From the NCBI GenBank assembly GCA_963656615.1, contig CAVKJF010000001.1:1-42282 (forward strand): 42,282 nt of DNA. Direction: 5' to 3'. The DNA is from a bacterium. Lineage in GTDB: Bacteria; Bacillota_I; Bacilli_A; RF39; UBA660. Both the position numbers and the translations under genes were made by a program. Each line of letters opens with the position of its first letter. Position 1 is the first letter of the stretch. Shown here one piece after another: positions 27,975-36,683 of the stretch. The notes below the pieces were generated by a model. The model made no database searches. It saw only the letters and a list, made by a program, of their open reading frames with translations, and had not been told where the DNA came from.

Positions 27975-29199
27975 AACGGTTATTCCATTTAGATGGGAAG
28001 TTAACATATCTTGTTGGATTAATTGTATTCTTTTTATATTCTTCCCAAGTACAACCTCCACCTCTATTCCAATCACAATTAGTAATTTCTAAATGTAAAT
28101 GCGGCCCGGTTGAGCATCCGGTTGAGCCCATGTAGCCGATAATAGTAAATGGTGTTACTACTTGACCTTCTGATATAGCTCCAAAACTTCTTAAGTGAGC
28201 GTATGTTGAATATATGTATTTTCCACCAATATTATGTCTTATTTTAACAACAAGTGCCCTACCGTTACATCCATAACTACAGTTTCCACCATTGCGCCAG
28301 TCACCTGACTTACAATTATCATAGTAAATCTTAAATACAGTACCCGTTGCGATAGGATAAACCGCAATAGCTTTGTCTGAACTAGAAAGGTCCATTCCTA
28401 AGTGACCACCATAGCCATAATATCCTTGAGTAATGTATCCATATTGCATTGGTCTATAGAAACCATTTGCACTAGGAGTTGATCCACCGCCTGTAGATTG
28501 TTCAATTCTATATTGACAAGCTCGAATATCTTCATTTGCTCCACAACCTAGTTTTTTATAATATGCAACATTTGCTTGAGCAGCTTTAATCTGTTCTTCT
28601 ATAGTTGGCATTGTTTCTCTTATAGCCATAGAATCAGCCGCAATTTTAGCTCTTTCACTTTCTAAGCTTTCTTTAAGTGAATTTAGTTCTACTTTTTTCT
28701 GAGCTAATTCTTTTTGTTGAGATTTGTTTTTTTCAATTAATTCTTCTAACTCTTTAATTAAATTATCATTATACTCAGTTAATTGTTCTACAACTGATAA
28801 TCTATAAATCATATCTGTGATATCTGTTGCGCCAAAGGCATACTCTAAGTAAGCATTATCACCATTGGATATTTGATAATATTCTATTATCCTTTTACTT
28901 TCTTCACCTTTTTCTTTTATCTCTTCATTACTTTTTTCTATTTCATCTTGTAAACTATTAATTTCTTCTTCTGCCGATGCTATTTGCTTTTCAATACTAG
29001 ATATTTTACTTCTTATTTGTGCGATTTCAGCATCGTTTTTGGCTAAATTATCTTTTTTATCTTGAAGTTCTTTAGTATACTTTGCAACTTCATCTTCAAA
29101 TTGCTTTATTGTTTTAGCACTTGTATTAATTGGTAGTGCTACAAGTGTCATTAAAAGAGCAATTATTACTGTTACTGATACTATCTTTGTCTTTTTCAT
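27973..29199 (-). CDS. secreted coiled-coil / M23 (LytM) peptidoglycan hydrolase, FtsEX-associated type
   Basis: Signal peptide, ~200 aa of heptad-like coiled coil, then an M23 domain (GHLGMDL, GSTGCSTGPHLHLEI). Placement after ftsEX parallels EnvC and PcsB. Confidence 0.85.
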   Translation of the reverse strand: MKKTKIVSVTVIIALLMTLVALPINTSAKTIKQFEDEVAKYTKELQDKKDNLAKNDAEIAQIRSKISSIEKQIASAEEEINSLQDEIEKSNEEIKEKGEESKRIIEYYQISNGDNAYLEYAFGATDITDMIYRLSVVEQLTEYNDNLIKELEELIEKNKSQQKELAQKKVELNSLKESLESERAKIAADSMAIRETMPTIEEQIKAAQANVAYYKKLGCGANEDIRACQYRIEQSTGGGSTPSANGFYRPMQYGYITQGYYGYGGHLGMDLSSSDKAIAVYPIATGTVFKIYYDNCKSGDWRNGGNCSYGCNGRALVVKIRHNIGGKYIYSTYAHLRSFGAISEGQVVTPFTIIGYMGSTGCSTGPHLHLEITNCDWNRGGGCTWEEYKKNTINPTRYVNFPSKWNNR

Positions 29200-30098
29200 T
29201 ATATCTTTAAATATTTCTTAACAGCACTCGCACTACCGATCATACCTACTAAGATTCCTATTATTATAACCATTAGAGAAGTTGTATATATAAATGGCTC
29301 TGGTTTTATTAAGACTATTAATTTTGAAAATAAGTATCCATCAAAATGTTTATAAAATGCCATGTAACCATATGTAGTGAATATTATTGGTATTATAGAA
29401 CCTAGCACACCAAGTATCATACCTTCAATTATAAATGGGGTTTTAATAGTAAAGTTACTTGCTCCTACTAATCTCATGATACCAATTTCTCTTTTTCTAG
29501 CTGATATTGTTAATTTTATAGTATTAACAATTAGGAATACGGTAACTACTATTAGGGCAATTACTACTCCATAAGTAACATTTTTTATTGAAGTAAAAGC
29601 AGATACTAGTTTTTCTACCATTCCTTCTCCATAACGTACAACTGATACTGAATCAATTTTTTTTATTCTATCAGCTGTTGTTTTTATTTTTTCTATTTCT
29701 TTTACTTTTACTTGATAAGTATCTTTTAAAGGGCTTTCTCCTTCATCGTAACCGTCTAATACTTTAGCAAATACTTCTGACTCTTCTCTCATTTGTTCTT
29801 TTACTTGATCTTTTGAAATAAAGGTTATTTTCTCGACATTTGATATTTTATCTAATTCTTTTTTTACATCCTTTATGTCATTTGCGTCAGCGTCCCTATC
29901 TAAGAAAACAACTATTGTTAGATCTTTTTCTATTTCATCTGTAAAATTATTAATATTTAAAGAGGCCATTATAGCAATCGCTACAATAATTAAAGTTATT
30001 GTAATACAAGAAATGGAAGCTAGTGATAAACTAAAATTTCTAATTACACTTTTAAAGGCATCTCTAAAACTTCTACCTAACATTCTAAATAGCTTCAT
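29199..30098 (-). CDS. ftsX: cell-division ABC transporter permease FtsX
   Basis: Four-TM FtsX layout with a large first extracellular loop. REIGIMRLVGASNFTI motif. The start is at the second ATG (30098), which has better SD spacing. Confidence 0.85.
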   Translation of the reverse strand: MKLFRMLGRSFRDAFKSVIRNFSLSLASISCITITLIIVAIAIMASLNINNFTDEIEKDLTIVVFLDRDADANDIKDVKKELDKISNVEKITFISKDQVKEQMREESEVFAKVLDGYDEGESPLKDTYQVKVKEIEKIKTTADRIKKIDSVSVVRYGEGMVEKLVSAFTSIKNVTYGVVIALIVVTVFLIVNTIKLTISARKREIGIMRLVGASNFTIKTPFIIEGMILGVLGSIIPIIFTTYGYMAFYKHFDGYLFSKLIVLIKPEPFIYTTSLMVIIIGILVGMIGSASAVKKYLKI

Positions 30099-30783
30099 TA
30101 TCATAGACTCCCTTCTCTTTAAAGTTAACTAAATGTCCATCTTTTAATATTAAAACTTGCTTTTTCATTTTATTAACGATGTCTTTATCATGAGTTGCCA
30201 TTATAATCGTTGTTCCTCTTGATTTATTAATGTCATCTAACACTTTCATTATTTCCATACTTTTTTCTGGATCAAGATTTCCGGTAGGTTCATCACATAA
30301 TAATAATTTTGGGTTATTTACTATGGCTCTTGCTATCGCAACACGTTGTTGCTCACCACCGGATAACTGATCTGGATAGTTATGTATTTTATTTTTTAGA
30401 CCTACATCTTCTAAAGCCTTTAGTACTTTTACTCTTATTTCATCTTTTCTAGCACCTATTACTTCTAGGGCAAAAGCAACATTTTCATATACTGTTAGTT
30501 TAGGAAGAAGTCGATAGTCTTGGAAAACTATTCCTAACTTTCTTCTTAGCTTGTATACCTTCTTATTTCTTAGCTTAGCAACATCTAGACCACCAACAAT
30601 AATTTGTCCTTTCGTGGGCTTTTCTTCGCGATATAGCATCTTTATTAATGTACTTTTTCCGGAACCAGAGCCGCCGATAACAAAGACAAATGAGCCTTTT
30701 TCTATTGCTAAATTTAAATCATAAATGGCGGTAACACCATTTTTATATTTCTTTTCAACATGTTTAATTCTGATTAAATCCAT
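30085..30783 (-). CDS. ftsE: cell-division ATP-binding protein FtsE
   Basis: [30 protein letters not shown] and LLLCDEPTGNLD motifs. The start is probably MDLIRIKHV (30783). The track start at 30828 has no SD. Confidence 0.9.
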   Translation of the reverse strand: MDLIRIKHVEKKYKNGVTAIYDLNLAIEKGSFVFVIGGSGSGKSTLIKMLYREEKPTKGQIIVGGLDVAKLRNKKVYKLRRKLGIVFQDYRLLPKLTVYENVAFALEVIGARKDEIRVKVLKALEDVGLKNKIHNYPDQLSGGEQQRVAIARAIVNNPKLLLCDEPTGNLDPEKSMEIMKVLDDINKSRGTTIIMATHDKDIVNKMKKQVLILKDGHLVNFKEKGVYDNEAI

Positions 30784-30868
30784 ATTATCAACCATCCTAA
30801 CTACTTTAGTATAACATAGTTTTAACAAGAAAAAAAGAGAGGATAGTTACCTTTCTTTTCCATTTACA

Positions 30869-31726
30869 TTATTTACCGCCTACTACTTCGTATGCATCAG
30901 TTACCACGAAAAAGGCATCTTTATCAATTATTTTTATACCTTCTGTTACTCGATAATATTCACTACTTGGTACTACAGTTAAAACCACCTTATTCTTTTT
31001 ATTTAAGAATCCACCCTTAACGTCAAAAACTGTTACACTGTGACCTAGTGTTCTAATGATATAGTCTTTGATTTGAGCTTCTTCTGATGTAATTATATAG
31101 AAAGCTTTGTTATTAGATATTCCGAGCAATACTTTATTAATAATTATACTATTTAAGTAGATTAAAATAATGGCATACATAACATTAGTAGAACCAAAGA
31201 ATATTCCGCCAATTAATACTACTGTTATATTTATAACGGCACTAGTTTTGGCAATTGGTATTTTGCAATACTTCTCTAGTATTTGACTTATTACAGGTAA
31301 TCCACCATTATTGTAGCCAGTTTTATACATGAGACCATTGGCAATTCCATTTAAGACACCAGCAAACAAAGTTATTGTAAACATATCACTATAATCCATT
31401 TGAATTATATCTGTTAATGGTTCAGTTATTTTTACAAAAAATGGATAAAGAACACTAGCTAATATGGTGACTGCTGTTACTTCTGGTCCTAAGTACATAA
31501 GACTTAAAAGAGCACATATGATTGATACTATTAATATCATTAGAGCTGGATCTATTCCATAAACATAATTTGTTATTGTAGCAATACCACCAGCACCTCC
31601 AGTTACTAAATTAACTGGTAATAGAAAAAGATTATATACTATTGCACTAAAGAATAATGATACGACTAGCATAGTGATTCTTTTTCCGACTTTTTTCTTT
31701 TTTAATTTTCCTATTACATCATCCAT
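30869..31726 (-). CDS. YitT-family membrane protein (DUF2179 C-terminal domain)
   Basis: Five TM helices with GGAGGIA/GYNNGG motifs and a C-terminal soluble domain (VTVFDVKGGF...FFVVTDAYEVVGG). The start is at ATG 31726 (GGAGGAG SD). Confidence 0.8.
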   Translation of the reverse strand: MDDVIGKLKKKKVGKRITMLVVSLFFSAIVYNLFLLPVNLVTGGAGGIATITNYVYGIDPALMILIVSIICALLSLMYLGPEVTAVTILASVLYPFFVKITEPLTDIIQMDYSDMFTITLFAGVLNGIANGLMYKTGYNNGGLPVISQILEKYCKIPIAKTSAVINITVVLIGGIFFGSTNVMYAIILIYLNSIIINKVLLGISNNKAFYIITSEEAQIKDYIIRTLGHSVTVFDVKGGFLNKKNKVVLTVVPSSEYYRVTEGIKIIDKDAFFVVTDAYEVVGGK

Positions 31727-31727
31727 A

Positions 31728-32609
31728 TCATTCTCCTCCGAATACTTCGTAAGCATCTGTTACTACAAAGAATGCATCTGGATCAATTTCAGATATTCCT
31801 TCTTTTAATCTGTAATAATCTTTAGTAGGTAATACACACATTAATACTGTTTGTTTTTCTTTGGCAAAGCCACCTTTAGCATTGAATACGGTAACACCAT
31901 GGTTTAAATATTTTAAGATATACTCTTTAATAGCTTGTTCTTCATCAGTTACGATATAGAATGCTTTACTGTCTGAGATACCTAAAATTACACGATCTGA
32001 TATTAAACTAATTATATAAAGGGTAATAATGGCATATAGTAATTTGTTTGTACCAAAGACAAACGAAGATAAAACTACAATTGTCCCATCTGTACATAGA
32101 ATACTTTTTCCAATACTTAATTTTAAATACTTATTTATTAATTGACTAAGCACATCTGTTCCGCCACCGGTATATCCTGCTTTAAAAATCATACCAGCTC
32201 CAAAACCATATAGGACACCACCAAAGACTGCTGATAACAATAACTGTGAGTTATCTATATCTATATAGGTTCCTATATCTGAAGTTAGTTTTACACATAT
32301 TGGAAAAACTAATGATCCAAGTATTGAACCTCTTGTTTTTTCTTTACCTAAAAATATATAACTAATTATTAATAAAATAATATTTCCAATTAAAATCACA
32401 GTAGAATAGTCGAATTTGAATAATTCATTTAGAATAATGGCAATACCACCTACACCACCGGCAACAATGTCGTTTGGCGCAAGAAATAAGTTATACGCTA
32501 TGGCAACCAAAAAACAGCCGATAATAAATCTGACTAATCTTTTGTATTTAGATTTTTCTCTTATTTCTTCTAATATTCTAAAATTTTTTTTCTGTGAAAA
32601 AATTCTCAT
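31728..32609 (-). CDS. YitT-family membrane protein (DUF2179), tandem paralogue
   Basis: Same architecture and motifs as its neighbour (GGVGGIAI, GYTGGGTD, VTVFNAKGGF...FFVVTDAYEVFGG). It starts 1 nt after the prfB stop. Confidence 0.8.
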   Translation of the reverse strand: MRIFSQKKNFRILEEIREKSKYKRLVRFIIGCFLVAIAYNLFLAPNDIVAGGVGGIAIILNELFKFDYSTVILIGNIILLIISYIFLGKEKTRGSILGSLVFPICVKLTSDIGTYIDIDNSQLLLSAVFGGVLYGFGAGMIFKAGYTGGGTDVLSQLINKYLKLSIGKSILCTDGTIVVLSSFVFGTNKLLYAIITLYIISLISDRVILGISDSKAFYIVTDEEQAIKEYILKYLNHGVTVFNAKGGFAKEKQTVLMCVLPTKDYYRLKEGISEIDPDAFFVVTDAYEVFGGE

Positions 32610-32610
32610 A

Positions 32611-33709
32611 TTATAACCCTCTTTTTAAACTTGCTTCAATAAAATCATCTAAATCTCCATCTAATACTTTAGAAACATTACTTGTTTCATAATTAGTACG
32701 GTGATCTTTTACTAGTGAATATGGATGCATTACATAACTTCTAATTTGTGAGCCAAACTCAATATTCATCTGGTCACCTTTTATTTGTTTTAATTCCTTT
32801 TCTTGTTCCTCATATTTTTTTAGTAATAATTTATTTCTTAAAACTTTCATCGCTTGTTCTTTATTTTGAATTTGACTACGTTCATTTTGACATGTTACTA
32901 CTATTTTAGTAGGTAAATGTGTTATTCTTACGGCTGAGTCTGTTGTATTTACTCCTTGTCCTCCACAACCTGATGAACGATAAACATCTATTTTTAAATC
33001 TTTTTCATCTATTTCTAGACTATTATCTTGTTCTATTTCTGGAGTTACTTCAATGGACGCAAAAGATGTATGTCGACGATTGTTAGAGTCGAATGGAGAT
33101 AATCTTACTAAACGATGAACTCCTTTTTCATTTTTTAAATATCCATAAGCATTCAAACCTTTTATAAGAAGTGAAGCACTTTTTATACCAGCTTCATCTC
33201 CTGCTTGATAATCTAATATTTCTATTTTATAGTTTTTCTTTTCACACCAGCGAGTATACATTCTATAAAGCATTAAAGCCCAGTCACATGCTTCTGTACC
33301 TCCGGCTCCAGAATGGATATCCATAATACAATTATTTTTGTCATACGGTCCCGATAATAGTAGAAGCATATTTAATTTTTCTAGCCTTTCTGGCATACCA
33401 ACAATAGATTCTTCTATTTGTTCAACTATTTCTTGATCAAAATCCAGTTTCATTAGTTCAATGAGTTCTAAATTTTCTTTAATACTATTAGCTATTTCTT
33501 CTATATTATCTATTTTTTCTTTGACACTAGAAATTTCTGATAAAACCTGATCTTTTCTTTCACGATCAGTCCAAAAAGATGGATCTTCAGTTTCTTTCTG
33601 AAGTTCTTTCAAATGTTCTTTTTCTTTATCGATGTCAAAGTGACCTCCATAAACTATTAACTTCTGATAAATATTTATTTAATGCTTGTTCCATTTCTTT
33701 TATTTCCAT
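32611..33709 (-). CDS. prfB: peptide chain release factor 2, expressed through programmed +1 frameshift
   Basis: Frame 0: ATG 33709, MEIKEMEQALNKYLSEVNSLWRSL, then in-frame TGA. The +1 frame continues DIDKEKEHLKELQKETEDP... into the 333-aa track ORF. That ORF carries the SPF (RLSPFD) and GGQ (SGCGGQGVN) motifs. Confidence 0.93.
33634..33648 (-). promoter_or_regulatory. prfB +1 frameshift site (internal SD GGAGG + CUU UGA C)
   Basis: Minus strand reads tGGAGGtcaCTTTGAC. GGAGG is at 33648-33644, CTT at 33640-33638 and TGA at 33637-33635. Confidence 0.9.
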
Positions 33710-33858
33710 TTTTATCTTCCTTATTATATTGTTTATTTTTTCCTCGTTTTATACTTATTGTATATAGTATTATGTTAACATATTTTTTTATTTAAGACAA
33801 TTATTCATATTTTAAAAATTTTTGTATAGATTATTTATTTTCTGCATATATTATTAGT

Positions 33859-33926
33859 GAGGAAGGTTCACTATATAGTGTGAAGATCCTCTGTTAATAG
33901 ATGGAGTCATTATTGGCTCCTTTTTT
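33859..33926 (+). ncRNA. candidate small RNA: two hairpins, the second a plus-strand-specific terminator
   Basis: Hairpin 1 is GAGGA-agg-TTCAC / GTGAA-ga-TCCTC (33859-33891). Hairpin 2 is GGAGTC/GGCTCC plus T6 (33903-26). A possible TTGTAT-18-(TGc)ATATAT promoter lies at 33822-33851. No SD-led ORF is present. Confidence 0.25.
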
Positions 33927-33942
33927 AATTGCTTAAATGCGT

Positions 33943-33968
33943 AAAAGAGGATTTTTAATCCTCTTTTT
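33943..33968. terminator. bidirectional terminator closing the WYL-linked cassette
   Basis: AAAAGAGGAT-tttta-ATCCTCTTTTT. It lies 19 nt downstream of the stop of the 177-aa gene. Confidence 0.75.
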
Positions 33969-33986
33969 GTTAGTTAAGACGTTTAT

Positions 33987-34520
33987 TTAAAGTTTATAAT
34001 CATCAGTCATTTTTTCACCAAGGTACATGGCATTTATATAAAACTGATCGCAGTTAACTCTAAATAATGGTTTTTTATAAGCATAGAACTCCAACTTTTC
34101 TTTATCAAAATCATTTGTTTTAATAAATTTATGAAAATTATTTCTAATATCATCAAATAATTCTTTGATACTGTTGTAACTTCTTAGTCCTTTCATATCA
34201 CTCCAAGATGCTTCAAACCAAGTATACTTGTCTTTATCTTTATATATTAAGAATGAATGTCCTGGTTTACTCTTGCCATTGTTTAGGACTACAAATACAG
34301 TTCTAAATGGATAATCATGTTTTTTGAAGAAGTCTCTTTCTACTTCACAGAGTTCCCAGCATATAGCGTGATCATTTTGTTTCATTTGTTTTAATGTTGG
34401 CATTTTATAATATTTTTTAAAGGCTTCTTTATCTAGTTTTTCATGAGTAGTATTGTTTTTATCATGCCATCCATAAGATATTTCTGATAGTTCTTTATTA
34501 AATTTCTCAATTTCTGTCAT
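33987..34520 (-). CDS. hypothetical protein, possible papain/transglutaminase-like Cys-His fold
   Basis: 177 aa. Candidate nucleophile in HAICWELCEVERDFF, a downstream His in KPGHSFLIY and an acidic/aromatic WFEASW. It overlaps the upstream gene by 14 nt. Confidence 0.35.
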   Translation of the reverse strand: MTEIEKFNKELSEISYGWHDKNNTTHEKLDKEAFKKYYKMPTLKQMKQNDHAICWELCEVERDFFKKHDYPFRTVFVVLNNGKSKPGHSFLIYKDKDKYTWFEASWSDMKGLRSYNSIKELFDDIRNNFHKFIKTNDFDKEKLEFYAYKKPLFRVNCDQFYINAMYLGEKMTDDYKL

Positions 34521-35805
34521 TTACTTCATCTCTTTCTATTAATAATTTACTACAGTTAATTACCTTATCTATTATATCTTTATTTTTATATTTTTGTAAA
34601 TCTTTACTTGCTCCTAAAATTTTATATATTATTTGGCGTTCTTCTAAGTATTTAATATTAGATAATTCTTGATAGTATTTTTTTACGTAAGTAAAGATAT
34701 TTTTATAGTCTTTTGGCTTTTGATATGGATCCATAACAATATCAGCCCAGCGCCATGGTTCTTGTTGCATCTGATAAATAATTCTAAATTCATAGTCAAT
34801 TGGCGCAATTAGGGTATCGTTAAAGTCTATTATTTTTACTTCCTCATTATTGTATAAGATATTATCAAAGTGTAAGTCATTATGCAGTAGCACATATTGA
34901 ACATCTTCTGATAGATATTTATCATATAGATTAAGAGATTCTTGAATCATGTTGTATTCTTTTACAGTAAATAATTGGCTTACATTTTCTAAATTTTTGG
35001 CAACAGTACTTTTAATTTCTTTTAGCCAAGTAGAAGTTGAATTTGTATTTACCTGATATGTATTTTTATGAAGTTCTTTTACTACTTCTACTATTTTTTT
35101 AATAGTATTTTCTTTTTCTTTTTCAGTCATTTTATAGTAATAGTAATATAGAGTTTTTCCAGGTAGCTGTTCCATTATTTCATAGACATAAGGCACATGT
35201 TCTTTACTGTTATCATATTTATATAATTTAGGAATGAACTTGTTATCTTTATTTTTTGTGTAGAATTCATACTCTTTATCAAATGTATTTTCTTTATCCT
35301 TATTAGTACATACTTTTATAATATATTTATTATTTACACTGAACAAAGTATTATTAAAACCAGCGTTAACTTCGTATATATTTTTTATTATTGGTCCAAA
35401 AATATCTTCATTTTTACTCGCTATTAAAGTACCTAGCTGTAATCTTTCTTGAACTAAGTTTCTTGTTACCTCAAATATTTCAAAGATAATCTCTGTTTCA
35501 TCATTAAATTCTTTGTAAAAACTTTTAAAAAATTCAGTATGGACATTTTTCCAATAAGTAAGTGACAAATCGCCTTCACCTTCAAGTTTAGCTAACTCTT
35601 CTGTCATATCTTTAAATTTTAAAACATGATACTCTTTGGTCTTTACAATACAAGCATCTTTTTCATTATCAAAGTGAATTATCGATTCTTCACCTATTGC
35701 AGGAATATTTTCTTCATTATATAGATATGTTGTTGCAACTTTTTTACCTGCTAGGACTAGGTTTACTAAATTGTCGTTGTCCATTCCAAAACTCCAGTTT
35801 TCCAT
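34507..35805 (-). CDS. ASCH-domain / aminoglycoside-phosphotransferase-like (protein-kinase-like fold) kinase fusion
   Basis: The N-terminal ~110 aa show the ASCH pattern (LVLAGKKVATT...EGEGDLSLTYWKNVH). The C-terminal part has LLHNDLHFDNILYNNEEVKIIDFND, i.e. the HxDxxxxN...IDxxD catalytic/Mg loop of APH/choline-kinase-type kinases. AAGGAG SD upstream. Confidence 0.7.
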   Translation of the reverse strand: MENWSFGMDNDNLVNLVLAGKKVATTYLYNEENIPAIGEESIIHFDNEKDACIVKTKEYHVLKFKDMTEELAKLEGEGDLSLTYWKNVHTEFFKSFYKEFNDETEIIFEIFEVTRNLVQERLQLGTLIASKNEDIFGPIIKNIYEVNAGFNNTLFSVNNKYIIKVCTNKDKENTFDKEYEFYTKNKDNKFIPKLYKYDNSKEHVPYVYEIMEQLPGKTLYYYYYKMTEKEKENTIKKIVEVVKELHKNTYQVNTNSTSTWLKEIKSTVAKNLENVSQLFTVKEYNMIQESLNLYDKYLSEDVQYVLLHNDLHFDNILYNNEEVKIIDFNDTLIAPIDYEFRIIYQMQQEPWRWADIVMDPYQKPKDYKNIFTYVKKYYQELSNIKYLEERQIIYKILGASKDLQKYKNKDIIDKVINCSKLLIERDEVNDRN

Positions 35806-35806
35806 T

Positions 35807-36607
35807 TTATTCTCCTTTTATTTTGCTCTGTTGCATTTGTTTTGTGTATACTTTGTAGCTATCGTCAGGCTCTACAACACCATAGTCATGAATATTTTCA
35901 GCCAGTGCACCATTTAAGTCATAGAAAGTTGGCCAAGCAGCAGGACTAGTAGCAATTTTTATAGAAAGATCTGTATTACATCTTCTAGTGATATAGCCAT
36001 TTATTGCTTGATATGACGCTAAAGGCATTCTTTTGTCTATTTCAAATATTAGTCCATAATAAGAATCTATGTTTAGTGCTTTTTTCGTTTTTGTTGCTAA
36101 ATCAACAGCATTTATAAAGGGAATTTTTAGGCTGTCAGGATCAAACCAAGACTGATCACCCTGTAAGTATTCAACATAATAATTTGAATACATTTTCCTT
36201 GATTCTTCTAGAATACTTTTAAGTTCTTCTAATGACCTAGCTTGTGTATGCTGTTTATGTCCGTATAATCTATTTATTCTTTCTAGCAAATCATTTATTT
36301 TTGACATTGAAGTATTTAATTTTCCTTGTTCTAATATTCTTCTAATAATACTTTCTGAAATGGAAAAGTCTAAAAATTCATTTGCAATTAGTCTAACAGT
36401 TCCAGAATTAATATTTTCATTTATTGGTTTACTTAAAGGTAGAGAAAAGTCTTCCATGTAGATGGCAACTGGCGAAGCAGAATCTGTTAATATTGGATAT
36501 GCCCTTTCTAAATCTTTTAAAAACCTATGTCTACCTTCAGTATTATAACCATAGATAAACTGATGGCGGTTTTCTTCCATAATTTGTTTTCTTGTATATT
36601 CGTTCAT
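35807..36607 (-). CDS. hypothetical protein (possibly a degenerate P-loop NTPase-like fold lacking Walker A)
   Basis: 266 aa with no recognisable catalytic motif. YYGLIFEIDKRMP resembles a Walker-B strand, but no GxxxxGK[ST] is present. The stop overlaps the SD of the next gene. Confidence 0.3.
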   Translation of the reverse strand: MNEYTRKQIMEENRHQFIYGYNTEGRHRFLKDLERAYPILTDSASPVAIYMEDFSLPLSKPINENINSGTVRLIANEFLDFSISESIIRRILEQGKLNTSMSKINDLLERINRLYGHKQHTQARSLEELKSILEESRKMYSNYYVEYLQGDQSWFDPDSLKIPFINAVDLATKTKKALNIDSYYGLIFEIDKRMPLASYQAINGYITRRCNTDLSIKIATSPAAWPTFYDLNGALAENIHDYGVVEPDDSYKVYTKQMQQSKIKGE

Positions 36608-36683
36608 AACCTCACCCAGGAATTAGTATACCATGCATAGTCTTAAATATAAAGTTTTCAATATTATAATTTTATGTTTTTCT

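Noticed and set aside
356-33767. Many 60-150-aa ORFs in the track lie antisense to well-supported genes: 356-655, 1159-1359, 1837-2037, 4299-4511, 5465-5662, 6167-6460, 6779-6973, 10033-10218, 11907-12233, 13651-13941, 18780-19238, 19320-19634, 20376-20831, 21490-21780, 22723-22914, 23084-23269, 24908-25138, 25967-26212, 29377-29574, 29875-30132, 32416-32616 and 33579-33767.
   Set aside because: - Each lies fully inside, and opposite to, a gene with clear family motifs.
- Their sequences are low-complexity Ser/Leu/Phe/Ile-rich, as expected for shadow frames of AT-rich coding DNA.
- None has a convincing SD.
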